A stretch of DNA of 63,217 bases, the filler included, from Nemertoderma westbladi (taxonomy: Eukaryota > Animalia > Xenacoelomorpha), in the NCBI GenBank assembly GCA_032718475.1. It is 4 parts of 4 records of this genome, joined end to end, with 100 filler letters (N's around TTAATTAATTAA, not from the genome) between each part and the next. Parts side by side here need not be neighbours in the genome. Positions count along the whole stretch, not along the records: positions 1 to 11,924 come from JAUCBJ010008767.1; positions 12,025 to 37,356 come from JAUCBJ010006280.1; 2 more parts are not named here. One strand, written 5' to 3'. Positions 1 through 12,505 of the stretch are shown one piece after another. A model generated the notes under the pieces. It was not told the origin of the DNA, did no database searches, and worked only from the letters and a program-made list of their open reading frames with translations. The position numbers and the translations under genes are program-made. Within the stretch, counting starts at the first letter, position 1; each line of letters opens with the position of its first letter.

Positions 1-395
1 ACACCCTAATGGTGAAAAAGACAAAAAAACCAGACAATTGTCCGTCATGTCCGTCAAAACGATAGATTCGCTAAAAGCTCTGAAGAATCTTATTTTTTTG
101 GCATTACGCGTCCCCCCTCGAAAAATCGAGAAAATCGTACGGCTGGAAATAGGTCGAATGGGGGGGGAACACCGTTTTCGCAGTAACTACGCGTCCAGTA
201 TGTAGACTGCGTCCTTTAGAGGGGCGGCGAATTCACCTCACTCGACGCCGCCCTTACTGAATGTTTTTAAAAGATATTTCTTCCCACCTAGTCTCAGTAT
301 AATTGTAAAATTACTTTAAATTTATTCTTAATAAAGAATTACCTTACTTTTAAATACTGACAAATATTAGTTAATATTTCGCCTACAATTTTCAG

Positions 396-893
396 GACAG
401 ATTCACAACTCTACGTGAGGTTACAAACGCGATGAAGACAGCGGGCGTCACTCGATGCAACCTCATAATAGGGGTCGACTTCACGGCGTCCAATGAGTGG
501 CAGGGTAGGAAGACGTTCGGGGGGCGATGTCTACACGAGATACAAGGACACCGCATCCACAACCCATACCAACGGGTATTAGCAATTATAGGTCAGACTA
601 TAGAGGCCTTGGATGAAGATAGGAGGATTCCTGTTTATGGATTCGGTGACACTAAAACTGCAAATAACTCTGTATTTTCTTTCACAACAGATGAATCACC
701 ATGTCTTGGGTTTCAAGAAGTTTTAGATACTTACAACGAAATTATAAAAAGGATTTCTTTAAGTGGAAATACTAGTTTCGCCCCCATCATTAGGAAAGCC
801 ATTGATATTGTAAAAGAGTCCAGGTCGTATCATATACTCATGATAATTACCGATGGATTGCTAATTGGTATTGATGAACAACAATCTGCGAAG
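396..893 (+). CDS. Copine/RGLG-like vWA-domain protein, internal exon (5' exons lie outside the window)
   Basis: Acceptor ttttcag|GAC at 395/396 and donor AAG|gttag at 893/894. Translation DRFTTLREVTNAMKTAGVTRCNLIIGVDFTASNEWQG...NPYQ...IPVYGFGD...TSFAPII...YHILMIITDG matches the copine vWA motifs. Confidence 0.9.
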
Positions 894-939
894 GTTAGAT
901 TGTAATTAATTACATTTTGCAGATAGCAATAAACGCAAT

Positions 940-1140
940 AGACTGGACACAATAAAAATTCATCCCTCTCCAGAGGAAATTCGACGCAATAAAGTCTGAT
1001 TACTCTCAAAAATGAAACTGTAACCTGTTCTATTGTTTAGTTTTTATTGTTTTGGTTAAACTAACGTGCCACTGTAACCTGCTCCTTTCCCCAAATTGAG
1101 AACTTAACATTGAGCGGGATATTAATTCGCCAAGATGGGA
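940..1140 (+). repeat. Dispersed repeat family (GCCACTGTAACCTGCTCCTTT / TTGTTTTGGTTA core), intronic copy
   Basis: Closely similar sequence at about 34770-34945, 44720-45205 (interrupted by a SINE) and 50480-50595. The core is also shared with the MITEs at 43680 and 48913. Confidence 0.7.
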
Positions 1141-1447
1141 TTTGCGTTTTGCGTACAAGTTCACACCCTGTCTCACGTTTTGATGGGTGAATAAGTGGAA
1201 CCTTATTTCACCTTATTTCGAAATATTTTATATGCAGAAAAATGTATAAAGCGAGCTTCAAAAATCTTTTTCAATAAAAAAACAATTTAAAAATTAAGGG
1301 TAATTTGTAACTCAGTGGCCCACTCAGTAACTCAACATTTATTTTTTAGTAATACTGTATATCGATACATAAATATTATTAATATTAACCATATTTTTTC
1401 ATAATCTCGTGCAATATACTGTACCTTGTTTATTTGATTAATTGCAG

Positions 1448-1948
1448 GCAGTAATCGAGGCCTCCAAGTATCCGCTATCACTGATTGTTGTCGGTGTTGG
1501 AGACGGTCCCTGGTCAACAATGGAGGAATACGACGACCTATTACCCGCTAGAAAATTCGATAACTTTCAGTTTATTGACTTCCACTCAGTGACTCAAAAA
1601 TGTAAATTCCCAGAAGCTGGTTTCGCACTGCACGCGCTAATGGAAGTTCCAGAGCAATATAATGCAATACGGATGCTAGGGTATCTAAATAATGTAGACA
1701 CAATAGAGAATATAGACTCATCTAGACAACCAACTCATCTAACTGCACAGACGCAACCGCCCGAAGCAATAATGGGTGGAAGGGCTAATGCCGTCCAATC
1801 GAATTCATCGAGTCAAATTGTTGTTGACAGTGAGACGTCGAGAAACAGTAGCTCCGCCAGCTGTACATCTGTTGATTCTATGCTTTGCAGTGTAGAAACA
1901 AATTCTCTGAAAAAAACTAGAAAACGTCAAATAATATCTTCTAAATGA
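1448..1948 (+). CDS. Copine/RGLG-like vWA-domain protein, terminal exon
   Basis: Acceptor ttgcag|GCA, phase 0 with the previous exon. AVIEASKYPLSLIVVGVGDGPW...RKFDNFQF...ALMEVPEQY, then a Ser-rich tail with no RING finger. Stop TGA at 1948. Confidence 0.9.
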   Translation, partial: AVIEASKYPLSLIVVGVGDGPWSTMEEYDDLLPARKFDNFQFIDFHSVTQKCKFPEAGFALHALMEVPEQYNAIRMLGYLNNVDTIENIDSSRQPTHLTAQTQPPEAIMGGRANAVQSNSSSQIVVDSETSRNSSSASCTSVDSMLCSVETNSLKKTRKRQIISSK

Positions 1949-2049
1949 TTTGATTTGTAGATAAGATCTCTTAAAACTACCAATTAACAACATCACGCAT
2001 ATCACGCATCATCGCATTGGCTATAGCCAATGCGCGGAATACACGACCC

Positions 2050-2418
2050 CCACCGGGATTGGGACCGGGATTATCACTTATCACTTTCGGGATCCCGATT
2101 TTCGGGATCGGGATTTTGTATTAAATTCATCAAAGTTATTAGTATAGGTTGCGGGTTTTGGCTTTACACTGACTTTATCTTACACTTTTGAAATATTAGT
2201 AAGATAAAGTTATATTAAAATTATTTTGCAATTGATTACCGTACTGGATGGATTTCTGATATAAAAATTAAATACTGTATAATCGGAACATTTCCGTTCT
2301 GCATCAACTATTTATCAGATATTCAACAAATTTACTTAACTATTTGTACAGCGGGATCCCGGTCCAGAAAAAGTCGGGATCGGAATCGGGACCGGGATTG
2401 CATTTTCCGCCGGGATTT
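2050..2418. repeat. Clustered CGGGAT/GGGATCCCG motifs, probable non-autonomous DNA transposon end
   Basis: Dense CGGGAT motifs at 2053-2115 and 2352-2417, resembling subterminal transposase-binding repeats. No TSD found. Confidence 0.4.
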
Positions 2419-2474
2419 TTTAAACAAAAAAAATACACCAAATTTTGAGACATTCTCTATATATGTAGGCCTGA

Positions 2475-3087
2475 GCTGTACGAGGACAGGCGGAGGAGGT
2501 GTTCCGTTACCTCCTAATCGGTAAACCCGGCGATAAACTGGTCGAGGAGTCGATCAGGTAGATGCGCATCGGCTGTGGGGAGCGCCTCGAAGGAACACTT
2601 AGTGGCGATATCTCGCAAATTAACGAGAAAAGTCTCGCGAGTTTCCTCAGGAACGCGAGAACGGCGGGTGAGTTCTTGTCGGTGAACGCGTTTATTCGTT
2701 CCCCCATCGATATGGACGCCGAGTTTCTGTATAACGACATTCGCGTCGGCGTTCTCGGCAGAAGAGAGAGTGAGTCCTTTGACAACGCCATTGGTTGCCA
2801 GGGAGAAAGCAGTAGGTAGTTAGGGCGGCGGGTATCTGCCGGTTTGTATGGCGGAGGAATGTCTCGGATAGATCAGGATCTGGTGGGTTGGCGGAATCTG
2901 CCAAATGTATATTGTCCAGTCCGGATGTTATTAGGAAAGCCTCCCACTCGTCCTTCCAGAGTTCCCAGGTAGAACGTTCGGTATCGAGGTCGAATGGGGG
3001 TGGGTTGCCTGGTTGCTGCGGTGCGGAGTGCGGAGCACAAACGTGCGTGGATCGCGAGCGTCATTGTGGGCGCCGGTAGGTAGACAT
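2475..3087 (-). pseudogene. Ty3/Gypsy LTR-retrotransposon gag relic
   Basis: Manual minus-strand translation from ATG 3087: MSTYRRPQ*RSRS...GNPPPFDLDTERSTWELWKDEWEAFLITSGLD..., a frameshift near 2805, then TNKRVHRQELTRRSRVPEETRETFLVNLRDIATKCSF...DRLLDQFIAGFTD*EVTEHLL. This is a typical Gypsy capsid pattern. Confidence 0.75.
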
Positions 3088-3340
3088 TACAGAACGAGTG
3101 CGTGACTGCGAGAAGCAATCTGGGCTGCGGTGCGGATTGCGGAGCACAAACGTGCGCGGATCGCGAGCGTCGTTGTGGGCGCCGGTAGGTAGACATTACA
3201 GAACGAGTGCGTGACTGCGAGAAGCAATCTGGGCTGCGGTGCGGATTGCGGAGCACAAACGTGCGCGGATCGCGAGCGTCGTTGTGGGCGCCGGTAGGTA
3301 GACATTACAGAACGAGTGCGTGACTACGAGAAGCAATCTG
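3013..3340. repeat. 109-bp tandem repeat, 3 copies, covering the gag start codon
   Basis: GACATTAC recurs at 3083, 3192 and 3301. Confidence 0.9.
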
Positions 3341-3439
3341 GTTGGGTTAACCGCTCCTAGCTGCCTAGGTAGGTAAACAATAACCTGCACCATGACTAAT
3401 ACAGCACAGCAGTAATACCGTATTTCGAGTTTAGGCCTA

Positions 3440-4802
3440 TTGTTTAATAGCTTTTTATGTCATGGATATTTGCCACAATCGCTTATTAATAGCTCCTTGT
3501 TGCCTATTGTTAAGGATAAGAATAAGAAATTGTCTGATCGTACAAATTATCGTCCTATTGCGACTTCTAATATTGTTTCCAAGATACTTGAATCTTGTAT
3601 GTATAAACATATTGCTAATTACGTTAATATTACGGATAACCAATTTGGTTTCTCTAATGGTCTGGGAACTGAGTCTGCAATTTTTGTATTAAAAGAAACG
3701 GTCCATTTATTTCTTTCAAATGACTCACCTGTTTTTGCCGCTTTCTTAGATGCTTCAAAAGCATTTGACAGAGTCAACTATTATAAACTATTCTGTAAAT
3801 TAATTACTTGTAATGTGCCATTATGTATTGTACGCATATTATAATTTTGGTATACTAATCAGTTAATTAATGTTCGCTGGGGTGCTGTAAAATCTGATAG
3901 TTTTAGGGTAACAAATGGTATGAGGCAAAGTAGTCTCTTATCACCTTTATTATTCAATATATATATGAATGATTTAAGTATAGAACTAAGTAAGATTAAA
4001 GTCGGTAGTTCAGTTTATAATCCGATAATTAATCATTTATTTTATGCGGATGACATTTGCTTATTATCTCCCAGTGTTCAGGGAGTGCGACTACTTATAC
4101 GAATTTGTGAAAAATATGGTATTGAACATGATATTATCTTTAACCCATCTAAATCCAAATGTTTATATTTCTTACCGTTTCAAATAGGTAGGGCCGGTGA
4201 TGTTTTTTTGGGAGGAAAAATATTACCATGTGTTCTAGTATTTACATATTTAGGTCATGTGCTCTCATGTAACCTTTCTGATGAAGCCGATATGAAGCGT
4301 ACAAAGTGTTCTCTGTATTGCCGTGGCAATCAATTTACAATATAATTTTCAAACTGTGAATTCTATAAAGTCTACTTTGTTTAAATTGTTACAGTCTATA
4401 TTGTGCTTCCCTATGGTCGGTATTTCGGGTGGAATCCTTGCGTAAAGTAGGTTTCATATAATATGGGTTTTAGGTTGCTATTTAAATATAGTAGAAACGA
4501 CGATGCCGACACTATGTTTGTCCAAAATCGCGTTAATACCTTTACGAGTACACTCCGGGTACTTATTTACTCCTTGTTGAATCGTATATCGAATTCGAAT
4601 TACTCTCTTATTTCTGCTTGTTATAATGGTTGCTCTGACTCAGTCCTTCGGGACCGTTGGAACACACTATTACAGTATTAATGTATTTTAATTATTTGTA
4701 ATAACCATACAGTATTGTTGTGCTATAATTATTAAACATTTATTGTATGTACAATGGGCTACGGCCCGATTAAATAAAAGTAATAATAATAATAATAATA
4801 AT
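3440..4802 (+). mobile_element. 5'-truncated non-LTR retrotransposon (CR1/L2 group), RT pseudogene with (TAA)n tail
   Basis: NYRPIA, QFGF, FLDASKAFDRV, GMRQSSLLSPLLFNIY, YADD and YLG motifs broken by stops at 3842 and 4343. The 3' end is AAATAAAAG(TAA)n. Confidence 0.9.
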
Positions 4803-5905
4803 GAATGGGTGGTGATATGATCAGCCGGTCACGACATACCGGTAATCTATAGGCCTAATGCTGTATGCTGTAATGTGTACTGGAAAGTCAGAAGAAGCTA
4901 CTGTATACCGAATAACTAAACTGTGAGCCTAACTAAGGAAATCCAAACTGAAAGTAGTTAGTGAGTCAGTGTATACTACACAACAGAGGTAAATGCATTG
5001 TTGCCCAGCGCCAGCACTACTGCTACTTATGAGATAAACAATGTTCCAGAATATGGTGTATTTATTAAATAGAATAAAATAGCAAATCCATGCAAATAAT
5101 AATAAATGCAAGACCATTCAACATTCCTATTTTTCAACGAAATTCAGATTATGTTTCGGAATCCTTGCATGACCAGGTTTCCATATAAATATTTAAAAAA
5201 AACATAAACATAAGGCCTTTATTTTCAAAAAAAAATGCGAAAAAATGTGAAAAATGCAAATTGGGCCCGTACTAAACTGTATGTTAATGATCACGGATAG
5301 GACACCGTGACTGGGCCTTACAGTGTGCACCCTTTCGGATCAGCACACTGAATGGCGCACTCTAAGGAGTGTAATGTGCTACTTATGTAAATAATTACTA
5401 TATAAACTTACTGTAAAACGTTTTCATTACAGTAATTCATCATTTTCGAATTTTGAAAATTTGTGCTTTATCCATCCGTCGGTCGATAATACATATATTA
5501 ATTACATAATTATGGCAGAATTACTCTATGGGTGTGGTAGGCCTACTTACTGTACCCCAGTGTGTCAAGAAAGTGCGGAACGCATGCGGATCGCACGCGG
5601 AATGCGTAAATTATGCGGATAAGTGTGTAATTAATGTGGAATTGACGCATTTATTTTGAAGGGCATCATCAGGCGAAAATACCGCACAATTTCCACACTA
5701 AAAACACAGTAACTATTTATACTCATTGAGTGAAATGTGCGTGTTGTACACATTTGCCCAAAGTGTGTTAAAAACCTGTCATATCCGCACTTACTACACA
5801 CAACACAATGCATCATGGGAAATATCCCATCATGCATTGCGTGATTACTGAGAACACTCCAGCAGACCAGCACTCTGTGGGCAGGTACCGGTACACGTAC
5901 AAGGT

Positions 5906-6442
5906 ATGTGCTTGATAGGCCTGTGTTGTGTTTGTGAGCCGGTCAGCGGTCACCGGGTAGGTAGGTTATCAGTAGGGATCAGTCTTAAAGAACAAGTTAA
6001 AGACATAAACAACAAGATAGGAGACAATGCACCAATTACGTTTAATTCTTCAGGCGATTCTTCATTCCCACCTCCTCCAGCTGCCAATGAAGAATCACTT
6101 ACAACCATCATCAATCATTTCAACATATGCGACTTACTCAAACGAGAAATTTGTATATCTTTAAAAAAAACGGTATCTAAACAATTACGGAGACTGATTA
6201 CTGACGAATTCGCACGTAAATCATCCGTGACCGGAAGGTCAACTATAAATGGTTGCCCAGTCAAATATTCGCTTCAGAAACTGGGCGTTACCAATCTGCT
6301 ATTTATTGTTAATTCTCAGAAATTTGATGGCATTACTATGGAGGAGTTGGTGGATGCCATGAGGAAAACTCATCACTTGATGTGCGATACAAGAAACGGT
6401 AAATGGATAATTAAACAATATAATAACAATATAGTAAATTAA
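5906..6442 (+). CDS. Transposon-borne ORF with DUF4806-like C-terminal domain
   Basis: KKTVSKQLRRLITDEFARKSSVTGR...KYSLQKLGVTNLL...ITMEELVDAMRK resembles the DUF4806 pattern. Lies inside the TIR element. The true start is uncertain. Confidence 0.5.
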   Translation: MCLIGLCCVCEPVSGHRVGRLSVGISLKEQVKDINNKIGDNAPITFNSSGDSSFPPPPAANEESLTTIINHFNICDLLKREICISLKKTVSKQLRRLITDEFARKSSVTGRSTINGCPVKYSLQKLGVTNLLFIVNSQKFDGITMEELVDAMRKTHHLMCDTRNGKWIIKQYNNNIVN

Positions 6443-6839
6443 TTAATAAATAAATAATATTTTTTTATATTTCAAATTACGTAATTTTTTAAGAAATTTA
6501 TCTTTATAAAATTTTATTTAAAAACATATCCAAACCAATAAGTGTTATAAAGAGGATATAATGCAGAGGTAGAAGAGGTGGAACTACTTGCGCCAGCTGT
6601 GGTGTATTTTAAGAATGAAATTGGGTCGAAATAACTTTGGTTTGTGGTAGGAGCAGAGGAAGGCCCCGTATGTATAACATTTTTCGATGTACCAGTATAT
6701 ATTTTACACTATTATATGTTACTAACTGACTAACATATTATATATAATATATTTATAGGTGACCGTCTTCAAACTTAATAAGTCTTCGTGAGCTTTAATA
6801 TCGTATTAATTAAGTCAGTAATTTATTTACCATGGTATA

Positions 6840-7262
6840 TACGCCTATATACTCATTGCTGGACCCGTTTATATTTATACTTGTGCTAAATTCGGTTATA
6901 CTTGTAGCTGGACCCGTTTATACTCATTGCTGGACCCTTTTATACTCGTTTATACTCATTGCTGGACCCGTTTATACTTGTAGCTGGACCCGTTTATACT
7001 CGTTTATACTTGTAGCTGAACCCTTTTATACTCATTGCTGGACCCGTTTATACTTGTAGCTGGACCCGTTTATACTCATTGCTGGACCCGTTTATATATG
7101 TACTTGTGCTAAATTCGGTTATACTTGTAGCTGAACCCTTTTATATATACTCATTGCTGGACCCGTTTATACTAGTTTATACTTGTAGCTGGACCCGTTT
7201 ATACTCATTGCTGGACCCGTTTATATTTATACTTGTGCTAAATTCGGTTATACTTGTAGCTA
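6840..7262. repeat. Degenerate minisatellite (ATACTCATTGCTGGACCCGTTT / ATACTTGTAGCTG) inside the TIR element
   Basis: Repeated GCTGGACCCGTTTATACT units are directly visible. Confidence 0.9.
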
Positions 7263-10200
7263 TTTCAAATTGTAGTCAAGTTGTAGTTAATTCTGTTTTA
7301 ATTAAATAAGCATACTAGCAATAAGCATTTTCATATTTCGATTATTCCGCTATAATATATTATAAAATTGGTTCATAAATTTTCAAACGTTTCAACTAAA
7401 AAAACTAAATTTAATTATCATGTCGTTATTCAGGTACCTGCCCCCCAAATTTTTCTACGATATTTTATTAACTTAAAGTTAAGTTTTAAAGTTAAAGCCG
7501 TTAAAGCATGGTTATAGTTCTGGGAGATTGGGAGAGTAAACATTGCGTATACAATGCATCATAAAACCTGCGTATTTACCGCTTTTAATAAGCGTAAATA
7601 GTGTGTAAAATGTGAGTAAAATCTGCGTATTTCTCACTTGCAATTGTGCGTTTTTTGAATGTTTATTACGCATATAAACCACCTGCGAAAAATATGCGGT
7701 ATAAACACACAAAAAAAGTCAAAGCGCGTATTAAACACGTGCGTTTCGCACATTTCACACCGTCACATTTTCTTTTGTTCTCCGCACTAGAAACGCACTA
7801 AAAACGCAAAGCGAAACGCACGCGTATCTCACTAAATACGCACTGCGGAAAATGTGCGTTTGACACACTGGGACAGTATTCTTTTCGGTGATACTTTTTG
7901 TACATTTATTACTCACAATAGTTTTTCATTTATATATTGCGGGTATATTTTCAAGTGGGCCTAATCGTTATTTATAGCTCAGTACTTTAATTGTAAATCC
8001 TTTTTATTTTTATAATTTTAATTACTCGAGATTGAATAATGTTTATCTTATTAAGTTGATACTTTCTTTAATTACGATTGAAGTATCGCCAAGATACTAA
8101 GCCGCCCTATTAGCCTAGGTAGTTCAGCACCCACCCCCCAAAAAAAAGTTGTAAAACGTCGTAGTCTGACTCTTTTTATCTTAAAACTTAATCTGCAAAT
8201 AAAGTAGGGCCTAGGGCCTACTACAGTCTATCGCGATCGACAACTTACGTTCAAAAGAGCCCAAAAATGCGAAACCTACCCTAAACCGTTTTATGCGTCT
8301 ATTGAAATCTAGGCGCTTTCCAGAATGTCAGGCGGTGAATCATATGATCCAACAAATTTCAAGGGGTTCTCCTGATGTCGACATAATCTTACACACAAAC
8401 TATGTTATGGGTCGTCCTTAAATGGTCTAAAAAAAAGGTCGTCTAGTATATAGGCCAATAGTACCTACCGCGTTGCCTGTAATCTGCAACGATGTTTCAG
8501 GAGTCAGACTGGGCAACAAACTGAAACTGATAAACTTCTAGATTGGGTCATCTACTTGAATTGTTTGACTAGTCAATTTTTTCTATGTCACGTTTTCTTC
8601 AAACCCCATAGCCCATAACCCATTATTGCTGAGATATGGATGAATGGTTCTCGATTAAAATCACGAGGACTATCTGTTGTTGTAGTTCCTCAAAGTATTA
8701 CTGTACTTCTCTTGTATGGCGCACAATGTGTTCCCTCGATCCTTTATGGCTTCTGAAACGTTGACAGTTTCTCAGGCGATAAAATTGGAAGAGTATTCAA
8801 AAAAAGCTTTGAGGTGCATCACCAAGTTGGGCACTTGTGTCAAAATGAACTACTGTATATGTGTAGTATATTCTAAACATATAACCCTTTGGAGATCTCA
8901 TCACCCGGCGGCAGAAATGTCGATGTATCTTTAGCGCATTGAACTTCGGGAATCAGAAAGTGACTAACTTACTGTATTTATCAATGCACACTACCTGGAC
9001 AGCATACTTAATATACAGATAGAGTTCTCATGTAAGAAGACGCCTATCATTGTCCTATTTAAGACCAATTGGCTCTTACCATAACTCCGCTTTTTAATTT
9101 AGATCAGTGGTGCTTGCCCTTTTTATCCATTTCATCTTAAACCTATTAGTAATAATATAACCGAGAGAAAGCCGCCCCAATATTAGATTATTACAACAAC
9201 ATATCCATTGGGTAAGAAAGTGGAGGAGAGCCAGCCCGTCTCTTAATTTTTTACTTTATATTACGCGATCAATTTTCACTCATCTCGTCATGAACCCAAC
9301 ATGTATGTAACCTTTTGTTAAATTTGTTGGCTATGCGTTTGCGGTTGTTTGGGCGGAGTGTGGTAGGCCTACACTTTTCACACTTAAATATTTTGGTTGT
9401 GAAATGTTACAGGGCATAGCGATCTGAGATATTTCATTTATATTTTATTATGAGAGGAAGAAGAACATACAACGTTATTTACTATGTAACAAAATAATTG
9501 TTTTCGGGTTTAACTTGGAAGCCTCCCCAAATAGTTGATATACAATTATATTTAAAATTATTTCCATGGTCATGGTCATTCACCCGTCTTTAGTTAGAAA
9601 TTTGTTTGCATGAAAGACAGTTTAGTTTAGTTTTTACTGATTTATTATCTCTTATCTGACTGGGGTAATAATAAAGGATAGGATAAATGGAAGCAAAGTG
9701 TGACAGTAACAAATATTTCCCCGTCACCCTAGCATGTCTTAAGTATATGATATATCAAAGGGGGAAGTTTGGATTCACTGCATAAATGCAGTTCACCAAA
9801 CTTCCCCCGAATGCACACTGTAACTTCCCCCTTCCCCCAAATATCCACTGTTGAATTAATTTGAAGCGATATAACAAGTACAAAATTTTTAATTGTGTGG
9901 TCCAATTGTTATTTGATTTCTATTTATTATTTAAAGTGCATTTAATATCACACTGGTTTTTAGAATATTATACTATACAACCTTATGTTTTATTAATTTA
10001 CCCAATCGAAGCCTCATAAGGGCCGGTTATTTGTACGCATATCCCCTAATGCGCTCAGTAAGGTTCAAACAACATATTAATATGAAAATAAAGTATCTGC
10101 AAAGAAAATAACCCAATACTATATAATTTGACCTTATTAAAAAAATTGCACTTTTGCACACTTATTTGTACAAATGCACTTTAGCAGATCGTAATGGTGG

Positions 10201-10446
10201 CTCTTATTTAACAAACTTATGTTTATCCTCTACCGATCTACGATGGTGTATGATCAAGTGTCAGTCGCTAAAAGTGTCAAAAATCCAATTTAATAAATCT
10301 GGATTTGCGATTTTCCCAAGTTTTATCCTATTTCACACACTACAATCTATCCTCTATCCAATGAAAAAAGTTTCAGATTAAACGGCCCTGTAGAACCGAA
10401 GTTATTTATGTTTAAAAATAGTCACTCGAAAATTTCAAATTCTCTT

Positions 10447-10518
10447 GGTCACATAGTCTAGTGGTTATCAATCACGTTAATGAATCCTAAGTTCGCGGGT
10501 TCGAAATCCAATATTGAC
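10447..10518 (+). pseudogene. Degenerate tRNA-like sequence (tRNA pseudogene or SINE head)
   Basis: A-box-like TAGTCTAGTGG and B-box-like GGTTCGAAATCC at tRNA spacing. The stems are poor. Confidence 0.45.
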
Positions 10519-11924
10519 TTGAACATTCTTAATTTTTTTGCAAAAAAATTATTTTTATTTTTTCACTAAAATTGCTCTAACTTCGGTTCTGGTGGTCCAA
10601 ATTCAATAAAATTGGTATATTCTTTGCCGTAATTTTTTTCTTAATCTTTTGAGAAGGGGTTATTTTTGGCCCCAAAAAAATTAAAAAAAAGGGCCAAAAT
10701 AACGCGATATTTTTCGACCCTTAAAATTCGTAATTTTAATTATATATGTTAAGATAAAAGATAGCGGAGTTAATTTGATACTTTTTACAGGTACTTTTGG
10801 CGCAATACGCTAAATTATAATGGAATAGCGATTTGTTAAAAAAAAAAAAATTTTCGTCCCTTTTTATAAATATTATATTTCACACGATCGCCTGCCGCTC
10901 CAGTTTTATAATACCTCCGGCGCTGTGATTAACGCTGTTAGATAGATAATTTAACGCACTATAAGTCTGTGTAAACAAATCTCCCGTAAGTTAAGTAGTT
11001 TTCGAGCTAGACGATTTCCCGCGAAGCAAGTTTGAAGAGCGAAATTATAATTTTGGCCCTCATTTTTTTAATATCATCCTTGGAGCAAAACCGATAGCAT
11101 ATTTGAATTCCCCGTATGGATATTGACTGTATAGAATGTACCTTAACCAACTAAAGTTAAAAATAAAAAATTATTCGATAAAAACTACTTTACAAATTCT
11201 GGCCCTTTTTGGCCCCTATTGCCGACATATTTTTTGAACCCCCATTCGATAGGAACGTAGCCCCAATGGTCTTCTACGAGTTTCATAAAAGAATTAGTGG
11301 ATTCCTACCCGCGTTGTCGAATTAAACATTTCGGAACTAAGTTTTCCAAAAAAGACGGACAAAAACGTACAAATTTACAGCCCCTTTTTCCACCCGAAAT
11401 TTTAATAAATATCTTACCCCCATTCGATACGAAGGTAGTACCACTCTTCCCCTTTCCAACCGCGTTACTTTCGTCCCCGTACGATTAATATTAGCCGAGT
11501 TATAGCGGATCCCGCAAAGTCATTTTGTCCGTTTTTTCAACTTTGACGGACATTTTCGGAAAAAAGGCGTGGTAATCTTTTTTGAAAAAAAAAACGAATT
11601 CACTAATTAATCCCTTCTATCGTATCCCGGCGTCGGCTAAGCAATAACCTAGGGTTTTTTCGAGCCACTGTAGAGCGCCTTTCAAAAAAATTTTAAAATT
11701 GTCGAAAAAATGACGGTTTTTTGTCCGCCGTGTCCGTCGAAGGGTTAGATTTAATAATGTTAGAGTTGCTAATATCTTAGAATTCCGAGCCGCTCCCCTG
11801 GTGAGAAAATAAAAAAATTTGGTCAGTTCCTTCATCGAAAAGTCCCCCAGAATCCCAAGTTAACCTATATAGTTAGCGATGGCCTGCGGCTTTAGGAGCG
11901 GCCGCGGTATTCACCTCCCTCATA

Positions 11925-12024
11925 NNNNNNNNNNNNNNNNNNNNNNNNNNNNNNNNNNNNNNNNNNNNTTAATTAATTAANNNNNNNNNNNNNNNNNNNN
12001 NNNNNNNNNNNNNNNNNNNNNNNN
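11925..12024. other. Artificial contig spacer
   Basis: N44-TTAATTAATTAA-N44, which places stops in all frames. Confidence 0.97.
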
Positions 12025-12217
12025 ATACGTACATTATTAATACGTCTAACAATTACCTTTTTGCAGCTAAAAATGCATGAAATATTTAATAAATGGCAGT
12101 CGGATCCATTGGTGGGTGACTTTCAAAGTCACTACCGGTACCAAACGTTTGGCCCCGGCAGCTTGTTATGGAATATGAATGGTAACAAGACACTTGCAAC
12201 GATTTCTAAAACTATAG

Positions 12218-12505
12218 AACTGAAACTATTTCTTTTTGGGAACTGGAACTGAAATAAATATAATTATTAGAACTGAAACTAAAACTGAAATTATTCTTTT
12301 TTGAGAACTGGAACTGGAACTAAAATAAAGGTTTATTAGAACTGAAACTAAAACTGAAATTATTCTTTTTTGAGAACTGGAACTGGAACTAAAATAAAGG
12401 TTTATTAGAACTGAAACTAAAACTGAATATTCTTTTTTGAGAACTGGAACTTGAACTGAAATGAACATGTTTATTTGAACTGAAACTGGAACTGAAACCG
12501 AAACA
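12218..12505. repeat. GAACTG(G/A)AACT-rich tandem/subterminal repeat
   Basis: Repeated GAACTGGAACT and GAACTGAAACT motifs within a larger unit repeated about three times. Confidence 0.8.

Larger units (their letters stand above)
5556..7872. mobile_element. Non-autonomous CACTA/EnSpm(CMC)-like DNA transposon
   Basis: Perfect 13-bp TIRs CCCAGTGTGTCAA (5556-5568) and TTGACACACTGGG (7860-7872). 2-bp TSD AC. Subterminal TGCG/CGCA-rich arms. Confidence 0.8.

Noticed and set aside
1-260. Repeat end resembling 11700-11924, with a GGGCGGCG/CGCCGCCC hairpin
   Set aside because: Similarity is patchy and both copies are cut by window or contig edges, so it cannot be classified.
11969-11980. TTAATTAATTAA palindrome recurring three times
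   Set aside because: Always centred in exactly 44+44 Ns, so it is an assembly linker.
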